Below, piece after piece: positions 26,182 through 33,732 of a stretch of 46,043 bases of DNA; the first letter of the stretch is position 1, and every line of letters starts with the position of its first letter. The notes below the pieces were generated by a model. The model did not search any database, had not been told where the DNA came from, and saw nothing but the letters and a program-made list of their open reading frames with translations. Position numbers and translations under genes: made by a program. The stretch is taken from positions 1 to 46,043 of the forward strand of contig CAYXTC010000001.1 of the NCBI GenBank assembly GCA_964468405.1. Reading direction: 5' to 3'. The DNA is from an uncultured Candidatus Saccharibacteria bacterium (GTDB lineage Bacteria > Patescibacteriota > Minisyncoccia > Minisyncoccales > GWA2-38-27).

Positions 26182-27139
26182 CGATTTTTTTAATAATCTC
26201 CCTCATTTCTTCAAAACGATTATCAGAGCCCATAACTACATTGATATAATATCTATTATGAGAATCTTTTAATAGCACCAGTAGACACCCTTTAGCCGAA
26301 GGCGTCCAACCCGTCTTCCCTCCTACTATCTCGGGGATTTCGTCTATCAGTTTATTTGTGTTCTCCGGAATAAAATAACGGACCCCGCCCCTCTCATCCA
26401 CTACCTCCCAGGAACGAAGAGAAGTTATTTCAAAAATGCCGGGCTCTGCTTCAAGAATGTATCTGGCAAGTTCTGCCATGTCTCGGGCAGTAGAATAATT
26501 TATAGGCGCTTTAATATCGTCAGGATCAAGCCCTGTAGGGTTAGCAAAAAAGGTGTTATCTAGTCCGATTTCTTTTGCTTTCTTGTTCATTAATTCTACA
26601 AACCTGTCTTTTCCTATTACTTGAGACAGAGCGTAAGCCGCGTCATTGCTAGATTCTAAAAGCGCGATATAGAGAAGGTTTTTAACGGAAAACTCTTCCC
26701 CTGCTACAAGTGGCTTGAATTTCGACTCCCCCTCCTGGCCGACTGCTTCTTCGGAAATCCTTACTTTATCATTAAAATTATAGATATCTTTTAGGTCAAG
26801 TACGACAAGAGAGGTCATTAATTTAGTCAGAGAGGCAATAGGATATACCTTTTGAGAATCCTTTTCAAATAAAATCTTCTGCTTACCTTTCTCTATAACC
26901 AGCGACAACGCAGAACGAGCCCCTATATTCACCTCTTCTATTTCGGGCCTGTTGCGCTCCCTTGCTATTTTTACCTCTTTCTCTAGGACTACTTGATTCA
27001 AATCCGCAGAAAGAACATGGGGGTCTTTGGAAATCTGGTACCAATACAAAAAGTTTTCGGTCTCACCGGCCAAAGCATTCATCGCCCACCAAAAAGGCAG
27101 GCTTAAAACCAAAGTAGCCAACAAAATTTTTGCTTTCAT
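26171..27139 (-). CDS. D-alanyl-D-alanine carboxypeptidase (S11 penicillin-binding protein)
   Basis: A signal peptide is followed by SxxK (ASLTK), SxN (SSND) and KTG (GKTGWT). Confidence 0.85.
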   Translation of the reverse strand: MKAKILLATLVLSLPFWWAMNALAGETENFLYWYQISKDPHVLSADLNQVVLEKEVKIARERNRPEIEEVNIGARSALSLVIEKGKQKILFEKDSQKVYPIASLTKLMTSLVVLDLKDIYNFNDKVRISEEAVGQEGESKFKPLVAGEEFSVKNLLYIALLESSNDAAYALSQVIGKDRFVELMNKKAKEIGLDNTFFANPTGLDPDDIKAPINYSTARDMAELARYILEAEPGIFEITSLRSWEVVDERGGVRYFIPENTNKLIDEIPEIVGGKTGWTPSAKGCLLVLLKDSHNRYYINVVMGSDNRFEEMREIIKKIDGF

Positions 27140-27240
27140 TTTCTATTAAAAAAGGAAATATATGCCCATAATGTTCACAAGAAATATTCCCATGAGCATT
27201 ATGGAAGACTCTGTTTCCAGAGAGAGAAAACTTTCCTGGT

Positions 27241-28641
27241 TCATGATTTTTTCTTCTTATCTATTTTTATCTTCAACTCTTTTAATTGCTCTTTGGAAAT
27301 TTCAGCAGGGGCTTCCATCATAAGGTCTCTGTTGTCCCCTGTCTTGGGAAAGGCCATAACTTCTCTCACGCTTTCTTCGTTTAGAAGGATAGATAAAAAC
27401 CTATCAATACCTGGAGCATTGCCCCCATGAGGAGGAACCCCGTATTCAAAGGCCCCCAAGAGATGACCGAATTTATTTCTAATGTCTTCTTTTTTATGGC
27501 CTAAAATTTCAAAAACAGCCTCTAGCATCTCAGGCTTGTAGGACCTTAGACTTCCTCCCCCTATTTCCACTCCATTGAGCACAAAATCATACTGGTGAGC
27601 CATTATTTTAGAAGGGTCTTTTTTCATCTTCTCTATATCTTCTGTTTGAGGCCTAGTAAAGGGATGATGGGGTGTTTCCCATTTTTTTTCTTTATCGTCC
27701 CATTCGAACATGGGAAAGTCCACGATAAAACAAAAGGCGAGTTCTTCAGGATCTTCTTTATTCTTCCTTATATCCGGTTTATCTGAATTATACTTTTTCA
27801 TTGCTTCAGAATAAGCGATTCTGGGAAAGGGTGTTTTTTGTATCTTCTTCTCCGGAAAAAGCTCTTTAACCAAGTTAATAAATAGTTTCTCCGTTAAGTC
27901 CAGAATATCCTCTGTCTCCACGAAAGACATTTCAAAATCTAATTGAGTAAATTCTGCCTGCCGGTCAGCCCTGGGATCCTCATCCCTGAAACATCTTGCA
28001 ATCTGAAAGTATTTTTCAAATCCCGCTACCTGTAATAGCTGTTTGTACTGCTGAGGAGACTGAGGGAGAGCATAAAACCTGCCGGGCTGTAATCTTGAAG
28101 GAACCACAAAATCCCTTGCTCCTTCCGGAGTTGATTTTGTAAGAACCGGGGTGGCAATTTCCACAAAACCCTCCTTGACCATATACTCTCTCATAAACCG
28201 AATTGCTCGGGCTCTTGTTTCCATATTCTTTTTAAGGCGGCTTCTTCGCAAGTCAAGATAGCGATATTTCAGCCTCTTTTCCTCTGAAATCTCGTATCCG
28301 TCTTTGGAGATAGAAAAGGGCAGGGTTTTAGCCCTAGAAAGAATCTTAAGATTTTTGACCTCCATCTCTACTGAGCCCGTTTCTAGGTTGGGATTGGCCA
28401 TTTTAGCCGGTCTTTTGGAAACAGCGCCGTTAGCTTCGATCACCCATTCGGGCCTTACCTCTTTGGCTGTCTGATAAGCCTCTTTATTGTCGGGAGAGCA
28501 CACCAATTGCAAAACCCCCTTTTTGTCCCTGAGGTCTATAAAAATAATCTTTCCATGAGATCTAATGGTTTCTGCCCACCCACATACTTTTATCTCCCCC
28601 CCTATGTTTTTAGTTGATTGAGAAGTGTAAGATCTTTTCAT
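27241..28641 (-). CDS. aspS: Aspartyl-tRNA synthetase, bacterial-type core without the GAD insertion domain
   Basis: 466 aa with LPQSPQQYKQLL, CFRDEDPRADRQAEFTQLD, FPMFE..HHPFT and GIDR. The segment between DKPDIR and DFPMFE is only about 20 aa. Confidence 0.9.
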   Translation of the reverse strand: MKRSYTSQSTKNIGGEIKVCGWAETIRSHGKIIFIDLRDKKGVLQLVCSPDNKEAYQTAKEVRPEWVIEANGAVSKRPAKMANPNLETGSVEMEVKNLKILSRAKTLPFSISKDGYEISEEKRLKYRYLDLRRSRLKKNMETRARAIRFMREYMVKEGFVEIATPVLTKSTPEGARDFVVPSRLQPGRFYALPQSPQQYKQLLQVAGFEKYFQIARCFRDEDPRADRQAEFTQLDFEMSFVETEDILDLTEKLFINLVKELFPEKKIQKTPFPRIAYSEAMKKYNSDKPDIRKNKEDPEELAFCFIVDFPMFEWDDKEKKWETPHHPFTRPQTEDIEKMKKDPSKIMAHQYDFVLNGVEIGGGSLRSYKPEMLEAVFEILGHKKEDIRNKFGHLLGAFEYGVPPHGGNAPGIDRFLSILLNEESVREVMAFPKTGDNRDLMMEAPAEISKEQLKELKIKIDKKKKS

Positions 28642-28657
28642 TTTTCATAATTTGTTA

Positions 28658-28663
28658 ATTATA
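28658..28663 (-). promoter_or_regulatory. -10 box TATAAT upstream of aspS
   Basis: The minus strand reads GCTATAATTA, 16 nt upstream of the ATG at 28641. An identical 10-mer recurs 86 nt further upstream, at 28742-28751. Confidence 0.45.
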
Positions 28664-28779
28664 GCGATTACCCTGTGTTGGAAAATGAGGTAAGAAACCG
28701 AGAGGTTTCTTAATCTGGGGGTCGGGGTAATTGCCTTCTACTAATTATAGCAAATAGAAATAATTTGAGAAGGAAACCC

Positions 28780-28808
28780 TTGACAAGCCTGAATAAATAT
28801 GTTAATAT
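28780..28808 (+). promoter_or_regulatory. Sigma70-like promoter TTGACA-17-TAATAT
   Basis: TTGACA (28780-28785) is followed by a 17-nt spacer and TAATAT (28803-28808). AAGGAG at 28842-28847 precedes the ATG at 28855. Confidence 0.7.
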
Positions 28809-28854
28809 GCAAATAGAATAAAGTTTCTTTAACAACAAACCAAGGAGTCTAGAA

Positions 28855-29064
28855 ATGCGAAATATAATCGTTGTCTTGGCAGTGTGTGTCGTTTTGGTGC
28901 TCGGGGGATGTGAGGCCGCTAAGAAAGTCGGTGGCGCCTTCGCCACCGCAGGCAAGGCCACGGCTGCTGGCACAGTTACTGCCGGCAAGGCCGTAGGCAA
29001 GGCCGGCGAGACGGTGGGCAAGACAGTTGCCAAACCCTTCACCGAAGACGACCAAGACGACTAG
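28855..29064 (+). CDS. Small lipoprotein (69 aa)
   Basis: The signal peptide ends in the lipobox LGGC. The mature part is rich in G/A/K/T with a recurring GKA/GKT pattern and an acidic tail. The gene has its own promoter, SD and terminator, and its codons are markedly richer in G+C than those of its neighbours. Confidence 0.7.
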   Translation: MRNIIVVLAVCVVLVLGGCEAAKKVGGAFATAGKATAAGTVTAGKAVGKAGETVGKTVAKPFTEDDQDD

Positions 29065-29080
29065 TTCTTTCATCAACAAA

Positions 29081-29108
29081 GCGCAGGCAAAACCCCTGCG
29101 CTTTTTTT
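29081..29108 (+). terminator. Rho-independent terminator
   Basis: The stem GCGCAGG (29081-29087) pairs with CCTGCGC (29095-29101). TTTTTTT follows. Confidence 0.85.
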
Positions 29109-29171
29109 ATTGACAAACAAGGCTCTCTGGGTTATTTTAAAGAAGGTACTTTTCAAAACAAAGGAGAGAAA

Positions 29172-29450
29172 ATGAGAGAATTAAAATCGCCGGTACGTAT
29201 TATTATTGCTTTACTGTTTTTTCTCTTTTTCTTTGTCGGGGCCCTGATGGCATGTATTATGGCTCTTCTACCGCGCTTCAGAACCCCTTTGGTCATCCTC
29301 TGGACCGCAATTATATTGGCAACAATTTTTTTGATCGTAGCATTCTGGACTTTTATTAAGATAAGAAAAAAGAGGAAACGAAAGTTCCTAAGAAGGTTCG
29401 CCCGAAACCATCATATTCCCCGTCATCTTAAGGCTGGTTCTTCTCTCTAA
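29172..29450 (+). CDS. Small membrane protein (92 aa) with basic tail
   Basis: AAGGAGAG precedes the ATG. The protein has two hydrophobic segments and then KKRKRKFLRRFARNHH. Confidence 0.6.
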   Translation: MRELKSPVRIIIALLFFLFFFVGALMACIMALLPRFRTPLVILWTAIILATIFLIVAFWTFIKIRKKRKRKFLRRFARNHHIPRHLKAGSSL

Positions 29451-29451
29451 T

Positions 29452-29481
29452 CAAAAAGCTCTGTCAGTGACAGAGCTTTTA
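29452..29481. terminator. Bidirectional terminator between convergent small genes
   Basis: AGCTCTGTCA (29457-29466) pairs with TGACAGAGCT (29468-29477). The stem is flanked by an A-run on the left and a T-run on the right. Confidence 0.8.
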
Positions 29482-29493
29482 TGTTTTCGCTTT

Positions 29494-29658
29494 TTAAGCG
29501 GATGGGGGTGATTGTGGTTCCTGAGGCGGGGTCTGCGGGCCTGATCCTGGTCCCTCCGGTCCCTGAGGAGGCTTTTTAGAACCCCCCTTCTTGCTTAGCA
29601 GGATTACAACAGCGGCTACGACCACCACGGCAATTATTATCCAAACTATGGTTGACAT
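29494..29658 (-). CDS. Unlisted 54-aa ORF: single-pass membrane protein with Pro-rich tail
   Basis: It is below the 60-aa cut-off of the ORF track. Translation: MSTIVWIIIAVVVVAAVVILLSKKGGSKKPPQGPEGPGSGPQTPPQEPQSPPSA. It is rich in G+C, lies downstream of murC on the same strand, and ends at the bidirectional terminator. Confidence 0.5.
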   Translation of the reverse strand: MSTIVWIIIAVVVVAAVVILLSKKGGSKKPPQGPEGPGSGPQTPPQEPQSPPSA

Positions 29659-29756
29659 GATGTTTTTATTTTAAGGACTTTTAATCGACCTTATTTCATT
29701 TCCTAAATCTATTCTCTCTCAAATCCCCCTTTCTGTCAAACTTTCTGTGTGGAAAA

Positions 29757-31061
29757 CTAAATTTCCTCTTTTATATTATAAATATCGCCAGCTCCCATAA
29801 TTATCAAAACATCATTGTTTTTCAGATTCTTTCTAAGATAAGAGGTTATCTTTCCTTGTCCCAAGTATTTAACGTTATCCTTAGCCACAGAAGATACCAT
29901 CTTTTCGGCGCTTACTCCTAATTTCTTCTCTTCCCTGCCTGCTACATTATAGATATCTGTAATTATTATCTCATCAACCGGGGCTTGTGAGATAACTCTA
30001 ACAAAATCGTTAAATAAATAGTAGGTTCTCTGAATCTGGTGGGGCTGAAAAATACAAAAGATCTTTTTTTGAGGGAATTTTTCTCTGGCAGCAGATAAAG
30101 TGGCTTTTAACTCTGTAGGATGGTGGCCATAATCCGAAACCAAAGTAATCTTTTTGGAATCAATGTTTTTTTCTTCTATCTCAAACCTACGCCAGCTTCC
30201 TTGATACTGGCTGAGGGCCCTAAGGGTGAGTTCGTCCTCAATCCTTAAAAAACGGGAAACCGCCAGAACAGAAAGGGCGTTGTATATATTGTGTTCTCCC
30301 GGCACCCTTAAAACCTTTTTTAGGATTTCTTTTTCTTTTTGTTTAATAGAAAAATATTTTACTCTCTGGGCAGGGAAATCTGCTACTATTTTCTTGATAT
30401 TCTTATCTTCTTGGTTGGCTACTAAAAGGCCTGTAGCTGGCAGCCTATTAATATATTTTTTGAAAGTTTTTAAAATACTGCTTAGATCCTTATAAAAATC
30501 AAGGTGCTCCTTTTCAATATTAGTCAAAACTATTATCTGGGGGGAGTAATTCAAAAAGGAGGCCCGCCATTCGTCCGCTTCTATCACCAAATATCGGCTT
30601 TCCCCTGCTCTGAAATTTTTATCTCCAAACTCTTTAAGTTTGGTGCCTAAAATAACGGTAGGGTCTAGGCCCGCCCTTTCCATAACCAAAGAAAGCATAG
30701 CGCAGGTCGTGCTTTTCCCGTGAGTGCCGGATACGGCAATAGTATAGTACTCCTTGGCAATCTCCCCCAACGCCTCTGGATAACTTAATGTTTTAAGACC
30801 TGCTTTCCGGGCTTTTTCCAGTTCAGGATTATCCCAAGAAACTGCCGGGCTGTGCACCACTAAGTCAACACCCTCTTTAATATTGGAAGAGGAATGAGGA
30901 CCGGTTGATATATCAACCCCCTCCCCTTCAAGGGCTTGGGTAATCTCAGAAGAAACCAAGTCAGACCCGGAAACCTCCTCTCCTTTACTCAAAAAATAGC
31001 GGGCAAGAGCGCTCACTCCTATTCCTCCTACCCCTATAAAATGAATTTTCTTTATGCTCAT
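29757..31061 (-). CDS. murC: UDP-MurNAc--L-Ala ligase MurC
   Basis: 434 aa with an N-terminal HFIGVGGIGVSALA motif and a GTHGKSTT P-loop. Confidence 0.92.
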   Translation of the reverse strand: MSIKKIHFIGVGGIGVSALARYFLSKGEEVSGSDLVSSEITQALEGEGVDISTGPHSSSNIKEGVDLVVHSPAVSWDNPELEKARKAGLKTLSYPEALGEIAKEYYTIAVSGTHGKSTTCAMLSLVMERAGLDPTVILGTKLKEFGDKNFRAGESRYLVIEADEWRASFLNYSPQIIVLTNIEKEHLDFYKDLSSILKTFKKYINRLPATGLLVANQEDKNIKKIVADFPAQRVKYFSIKQKEKEILKKVLRVPGEHNIYNALSVLAVSRFLRIEDELTLRALSQYQGSWRRFEIEEKNIDSKKITLVSDYGHHPTELKATLSAAREKFPQKKIFCIFQPHQIQRTYYLFNDFVRVISQAPVDEIIITDIYNVAGREEKKLGVSAEKMVSSVAKDNVKYLGQGKITSYLRKNLKNNDVLIIMGAGDIYNIKEEI

Positions 31062-31627
31062 TTTTCTTGTTCTAAGGGAAAGCTTTCCAGAACGAGATAA
31101 TCAGGACCCCCTCTTTTAAGTTTACTTTCCATTACCTCAAAAGAGTTTACCCGGAAAGAAAGGTCAATGTTTTTCTCGACCTCGGGCCTGTCTTCTGGTT
31201 CTATGCCCTGCCAATCCCATTTTCTTATTCTGGCCAAAGTAATATGGGGGCGGACGTCTCCGGTTTTTCTCCTTCGGTCATCGCTCTCTCCTAAAGATCC
31301 TTCTACGCTTCTTTTTAAATCAGAAAAAGGCCCTCCCTTCTCCCCTATTGCCCATATCATTTTGGGGATCTTTCTGTCTGGCGGAGCATAGCAGGTTTTT
31401 ACTAGTTTTATTTCAAAAGGCTTCTCTCTAGAGGCCACTTCCTGGGCTTGCTGACATACCTTAAAAACTTCATCGTCTTCCATATATCCCAAAAAACTCA
31501 AAGTTATATGAAAATTCTCGGGTTTGGTCCATTTGGCAGGGAGATCCTGCCATTCCTGTTTTAAAGAAACGAGTTTCTTTTTTACTCCCGCAGGAAGGTT
31601 TACTGCTAGAAAAATTCTTTTTTTCAT
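31058..31627 (-). CDS. thpR: RNA 2',3'-cyclic phosphodiesterase (2H phosphoesterase, ThpR/LigT)
   Basis: 189 aa with two H-x-T/S-x motifs (HITLSF and HITLAR). It overlaps murC by ATGA. Confidence 0.8.
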   Translation of the reverse strand: MKKRIFLAVNLPAGVKKKLVSLKQEWQDLPAKWTKPENFHITLSFLGYMEDDEVFKVCQQAQEVASREKPFEIKLVKTCYAPPDRKIPKMIWAIGEKGGPFSDLKRSVEGSLGESDDRRRKTGDVRPHITLARIRKWDWQGIEPEDRPEVEKNIDLSFRVNSFEVMESKLKRGGPDYLVLESFPLEQEK

Positions 31628-31633
31628 ACCCTT

Positions 31634-31642
31634 ATCTTAACA
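31634..31642 (-). promoter_or_regulatory. Extended -10 promoter (TGtTAAGAT) of the thpR-murC unit
   Basis: The minus strand reads TGTTAAGAT, followed by 6 nt and then the ATG at 31627. Confidence 0.45.
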
Positions 31643-31661
31643 AAAAATATCTAATAATCAA

Positions 31662-31689
31662 TTGACATAAAAACTGACTGCTATACTAT
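31662..31689 (+). promoter_or_regulatory. Candidate promoter TTGACA-16-TACTAT
   Basis: TTGACA is at 31662-31667 and TACTAT at 31684-31689. A leader of about 40 nt carries AAAGGA before the ATG at 31732. Confidence 0.45.
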
Positions 31690-31731
31690 CAGAATAAGAA
31701 GATAGGTCTTTTAAAACAGAAAGGATCAACT

Positions 31732-32364
31732 ATGATAAGGCCCGCAAAGAACAGCCTCGTTTTGGTAAGAAAAGACGACCCGGCCAAACCGGATGAATTC
31801 TTCTTCGCTTTAGTAGACGAAGTAATGAGTCCCAGAGAAAAGGGATATTGGGTAATAAATCAGGAAGGAGACCGACGTTTGGCCCTCCCCGAACAAGTTA
31901 TCCCGATAATAAACACCGATGGCTCCTTCAAGAATCCTCGCAAGGCAGTAGAAAAGCTTTATCCTGAGATAATAAGCATGCTGGTAAGAACCTTTTATGT
32001 CCAAAAGGCGACAGACACCCTTTTCCGGCTTATCAAAGAAGGTAGTTTGGTAATTGTCTTGCCCGGCGGAAAAATAACAGAAGCCCAGTGGGGCATTGTT
32101 TTAGGAAAGAAGATTAATTCCTGCGAGGTCAGCATCGGCCGTTCCTTTGTGAGAAGACCTCGAAAAATTCTGATTACTCCGGAACAACTAATCCCCGTTA
32201 TCAACACCAATCTGGAAACAAAAAACCCGCTCAAGGCACTCCGAAAGAAATGGGGAGAGATACTGATGTATCTCATCCTCAGGTTTTATACCCAAAGAGG
32301 CTCTCAGGCCACCAGAAAACTTCTGGCTGCTTTATCCAGCATTGATAAAAACATGATTCCTTAA
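31732..32364 (+). CDS. Hypothetical protein built from two ~97-aa tandem repeats
   Basis: 210 aa. Residues 8-104 and 105-201 align with a constant 97-aa offset (SLVLVRKDD/SLVIVLPGG; PEQVIPIINT/PEQLIPVINT; KNPRKAVEK/KNPLKALRK; FYVQK/FYTQR). Confidence 0.65.
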   Translation: MIRPAKNSLVLVRKDDPAKPDEFFFALVDEVMSPREKGYWVINQEGDRRLALPEQVIPIINTDGSFKNPRKAVEKLYPEIISMLVRTFYVQKATDTLFRLIKEGSLVIVLPGGKITEAQWGIVLGKKINSCEVSIGRSFVRRPRKILITPEQLIPVINTNLETKNPLKALRKKWGEILMYLILRFYTQRGSQATRKLLAALSSIDKNMIP

Positions 32365-32366
32365 AA

Positions 32367-32400
32367 AGCCCAGGTTCTCTGAATCTGGGCTCTTTTATTT
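32367..32400 (+). terminator. Rho-independent terminator
   Basis: AGCCCAG (32367-32373) pairs with CTGGGCT (32385-32391). CTTTTATTT follows. Confidence 0.75.
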
Positions 32401-32433
32401 GCGAAAGAAGAGTTAAAGAAGTAGAATTAAGTA

Positions 32434-32724
32434 ATGAAACTTCCTTTAAAAAAACCATTGCCAGATAATATCTATAACCTCATGAGAAGACTGGGGTATA
32501 AAATGCAATACCGAAAAGGAGATCAGATTTCTTTCGTAAGACCGCTCGACTCTTCGGGCTTTCCCAGATTCCACATCTACTTTAAAGAAAATGTCATAAC
32601 TCTTCACCTTGATCAAAAACGTCCTGTTTACCGGGGAAGCCCATCCCACAGTGGAGAATACGAGGGCGAAACAGTAACAAGGGAGGCGGAAAGAATAAAC
32701 AAAACAATCAATGAAGAAAGATAA
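32434..32724 (+). CDS. Hypothetical protein (96 aa)
   Basis: The ORF overlaps the next gene by 14 nt. I recognise no family. Confidence 0.5.
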   Translation: MKLPLKKPLPDNIYNLMRRLGYKMQYRKGDQISFVRPLDSSGFPRFHIYFKENVITLHLDQKRPVYRGSPSHSGEYEGETVTREAERINKTINEER

Positions 32725-33385
32725 CAAAAAAATAGTTAGAATACTATACGAAATCGAAGAGTATTTAACTATCAAGGGCGTAGAATTCAAGCCCCGGGCT
32801 TATCAAAGGGCGGCAAAGGCAATAGAAAGTCTTGATAAAGAGCTGTCTGAAATATATAAAAAGGAGAGGCTTAAAGGACTAGAGAAAATAGAAGGTGTAG
32901 GAAAAAGCATAGCCAAGAAAATAGAAGAATATTTAAAAAAGGGAAAGATAAAATACCATCAGGACCTGAAAGAAGAAACCGCCATCCGTCAAATAGTTAC
33001 TTATTATTTTAAAACCAAAGGATTAACCCTTGAAGAACTAAAGAAAAATGCTAAAAAGAGAAAGATTATTTACTCCAGGTATACAAAGCCCGCCAAACAG
33101 CTGCTTGAGCTGGCAGGGTCTGTTGATGAGGCCAAAAAGGCCATAGACAAGGTAGCCAAATGGGCCAAGTCCAGGGAACTTGATTACGCTATTGAAACCG
33201 TCTTTAAAAAATGGCTGGAGCTAGATAAATTAAAACCCAAGGAGATAGTAAAAAAGCCCTTTTATCTTAACAAGCCCTTAGTTTGGTCTAAATCCAAACA
33301 AAAGTGGTATGTAATAGACGAAACCGGAGAATGGCTGGAGTTTAACGGCAAAGAAGAAGATATTGAATGGAGGATAGAGAAATAA
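32711..33385 (+). CDS. Helix-hairpin-helix protein: stand-alone PolX N-terminal (8-kDa-like) domain plus unknown C-terminal domain
   Basis: The first ~85 aa (IVRILYEIEEYLTIKGVEFKPRAYQRAAKAIESL...LEKIEGVGKSIAKKIEEYLKKGK) match the N-terminus of bacterial and eukaryotic family X polymerases. No polymerase palm or PHP domain follows. Confidence 0.65.
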   Translation: MKKDNKKIVRILYEIEEYLTIKGVEFKPRAYQRAAKAIESLDKELSEIYKKERLKGLEKIEGVGKSIAKKIEEYLKKGKIKYHQDLKEETAIRQIVTYYFKTKGLTLEELKKNAKKRKIIYSRYTKPAKQLLELAGSVDEAKKAIDKVAKWAKSRELDYAIETVFKKWLELDKLKPKEIVKKPFYLNKPLVWSKSKQKWYVIDETGEWLEFNGKEEDIEWRIEK

Positions 33386-33419
33386 AAAGCCCCGCCTTAG
33401 AGACGAGGCAGAGATTTTT

Positions 33420-33683
33420 TCAAAAAGAACTGTGTCCTTCTTTCTTCCAAGCAACGAAGAATATTATGAGGAAAATTACCCCAGTAATCCCTGTTATTGT
33501 AAGATAGAGAATAAGGAAATTCTCCATCATAAAATCATTCCCGCAAAGCGCCAATAATCCAGCCACAATTGAATATAGTATAAAAACAGAAAAGACAGCA
33601 AGCAATAAAACAGTAACAAGCGATCCCGTGAGAACGCTCATTTTTACTCTTCTGGTCCATTCTCTGGCATCTTCGGTGTTCAT
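33420..33683 (-). CDS. Small membrane protein (87 aa)
   Basis: The track start at 33728 is a GTG. The ATG at 33683 (MNTEDAREW...) is preceded by AAAGGGTAGAA. The protein has three hydrophobic segments. Confidence 0.5.
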   Translation of the reverse strand: MNTEDAREWTRRVKMSVLTGSLVTVLLLAVFSVFILYSIVAGLLALCGNDFMMENFLILYLTITGITGVIFLIIFFVAWKKEGHSSF

Positions 33684-33732
33684 TTCTACCCTTTCTTTTT
33701 TTAAATGAACCAATTGGAATAATAGCACAAAA

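Noticed and set aside
27146-27199. 17-codon hydrophobic mini-ORF (MLMGIFLVNIMGIYFLF) between aspS and the carboxypeptidase gene
   Set aside because: It has no SD or promoter, is very short and lies in an AT-rich spacer. It cannot be distinguished from chance.
28710-29079. 110-aa and 76-aa minus-strand ORFs over the lipoprotein gene
   Set aside because: They are shadow ORFs created by the G+C-rich, Ala/Gly-rich lipoprotein gene on the plus strand. Only that gene has a promoter, SD, lipobox and terminator.
32446-32790. 114-aa minus-strand ORF antisense to the 96-aa and HhH genes
   Set aside because: It has no expression signals, and its hydrophobic low-complexity translation fits a shadow ORF. 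The plus-strand genes are co-oriented with a promoter and terminator context.
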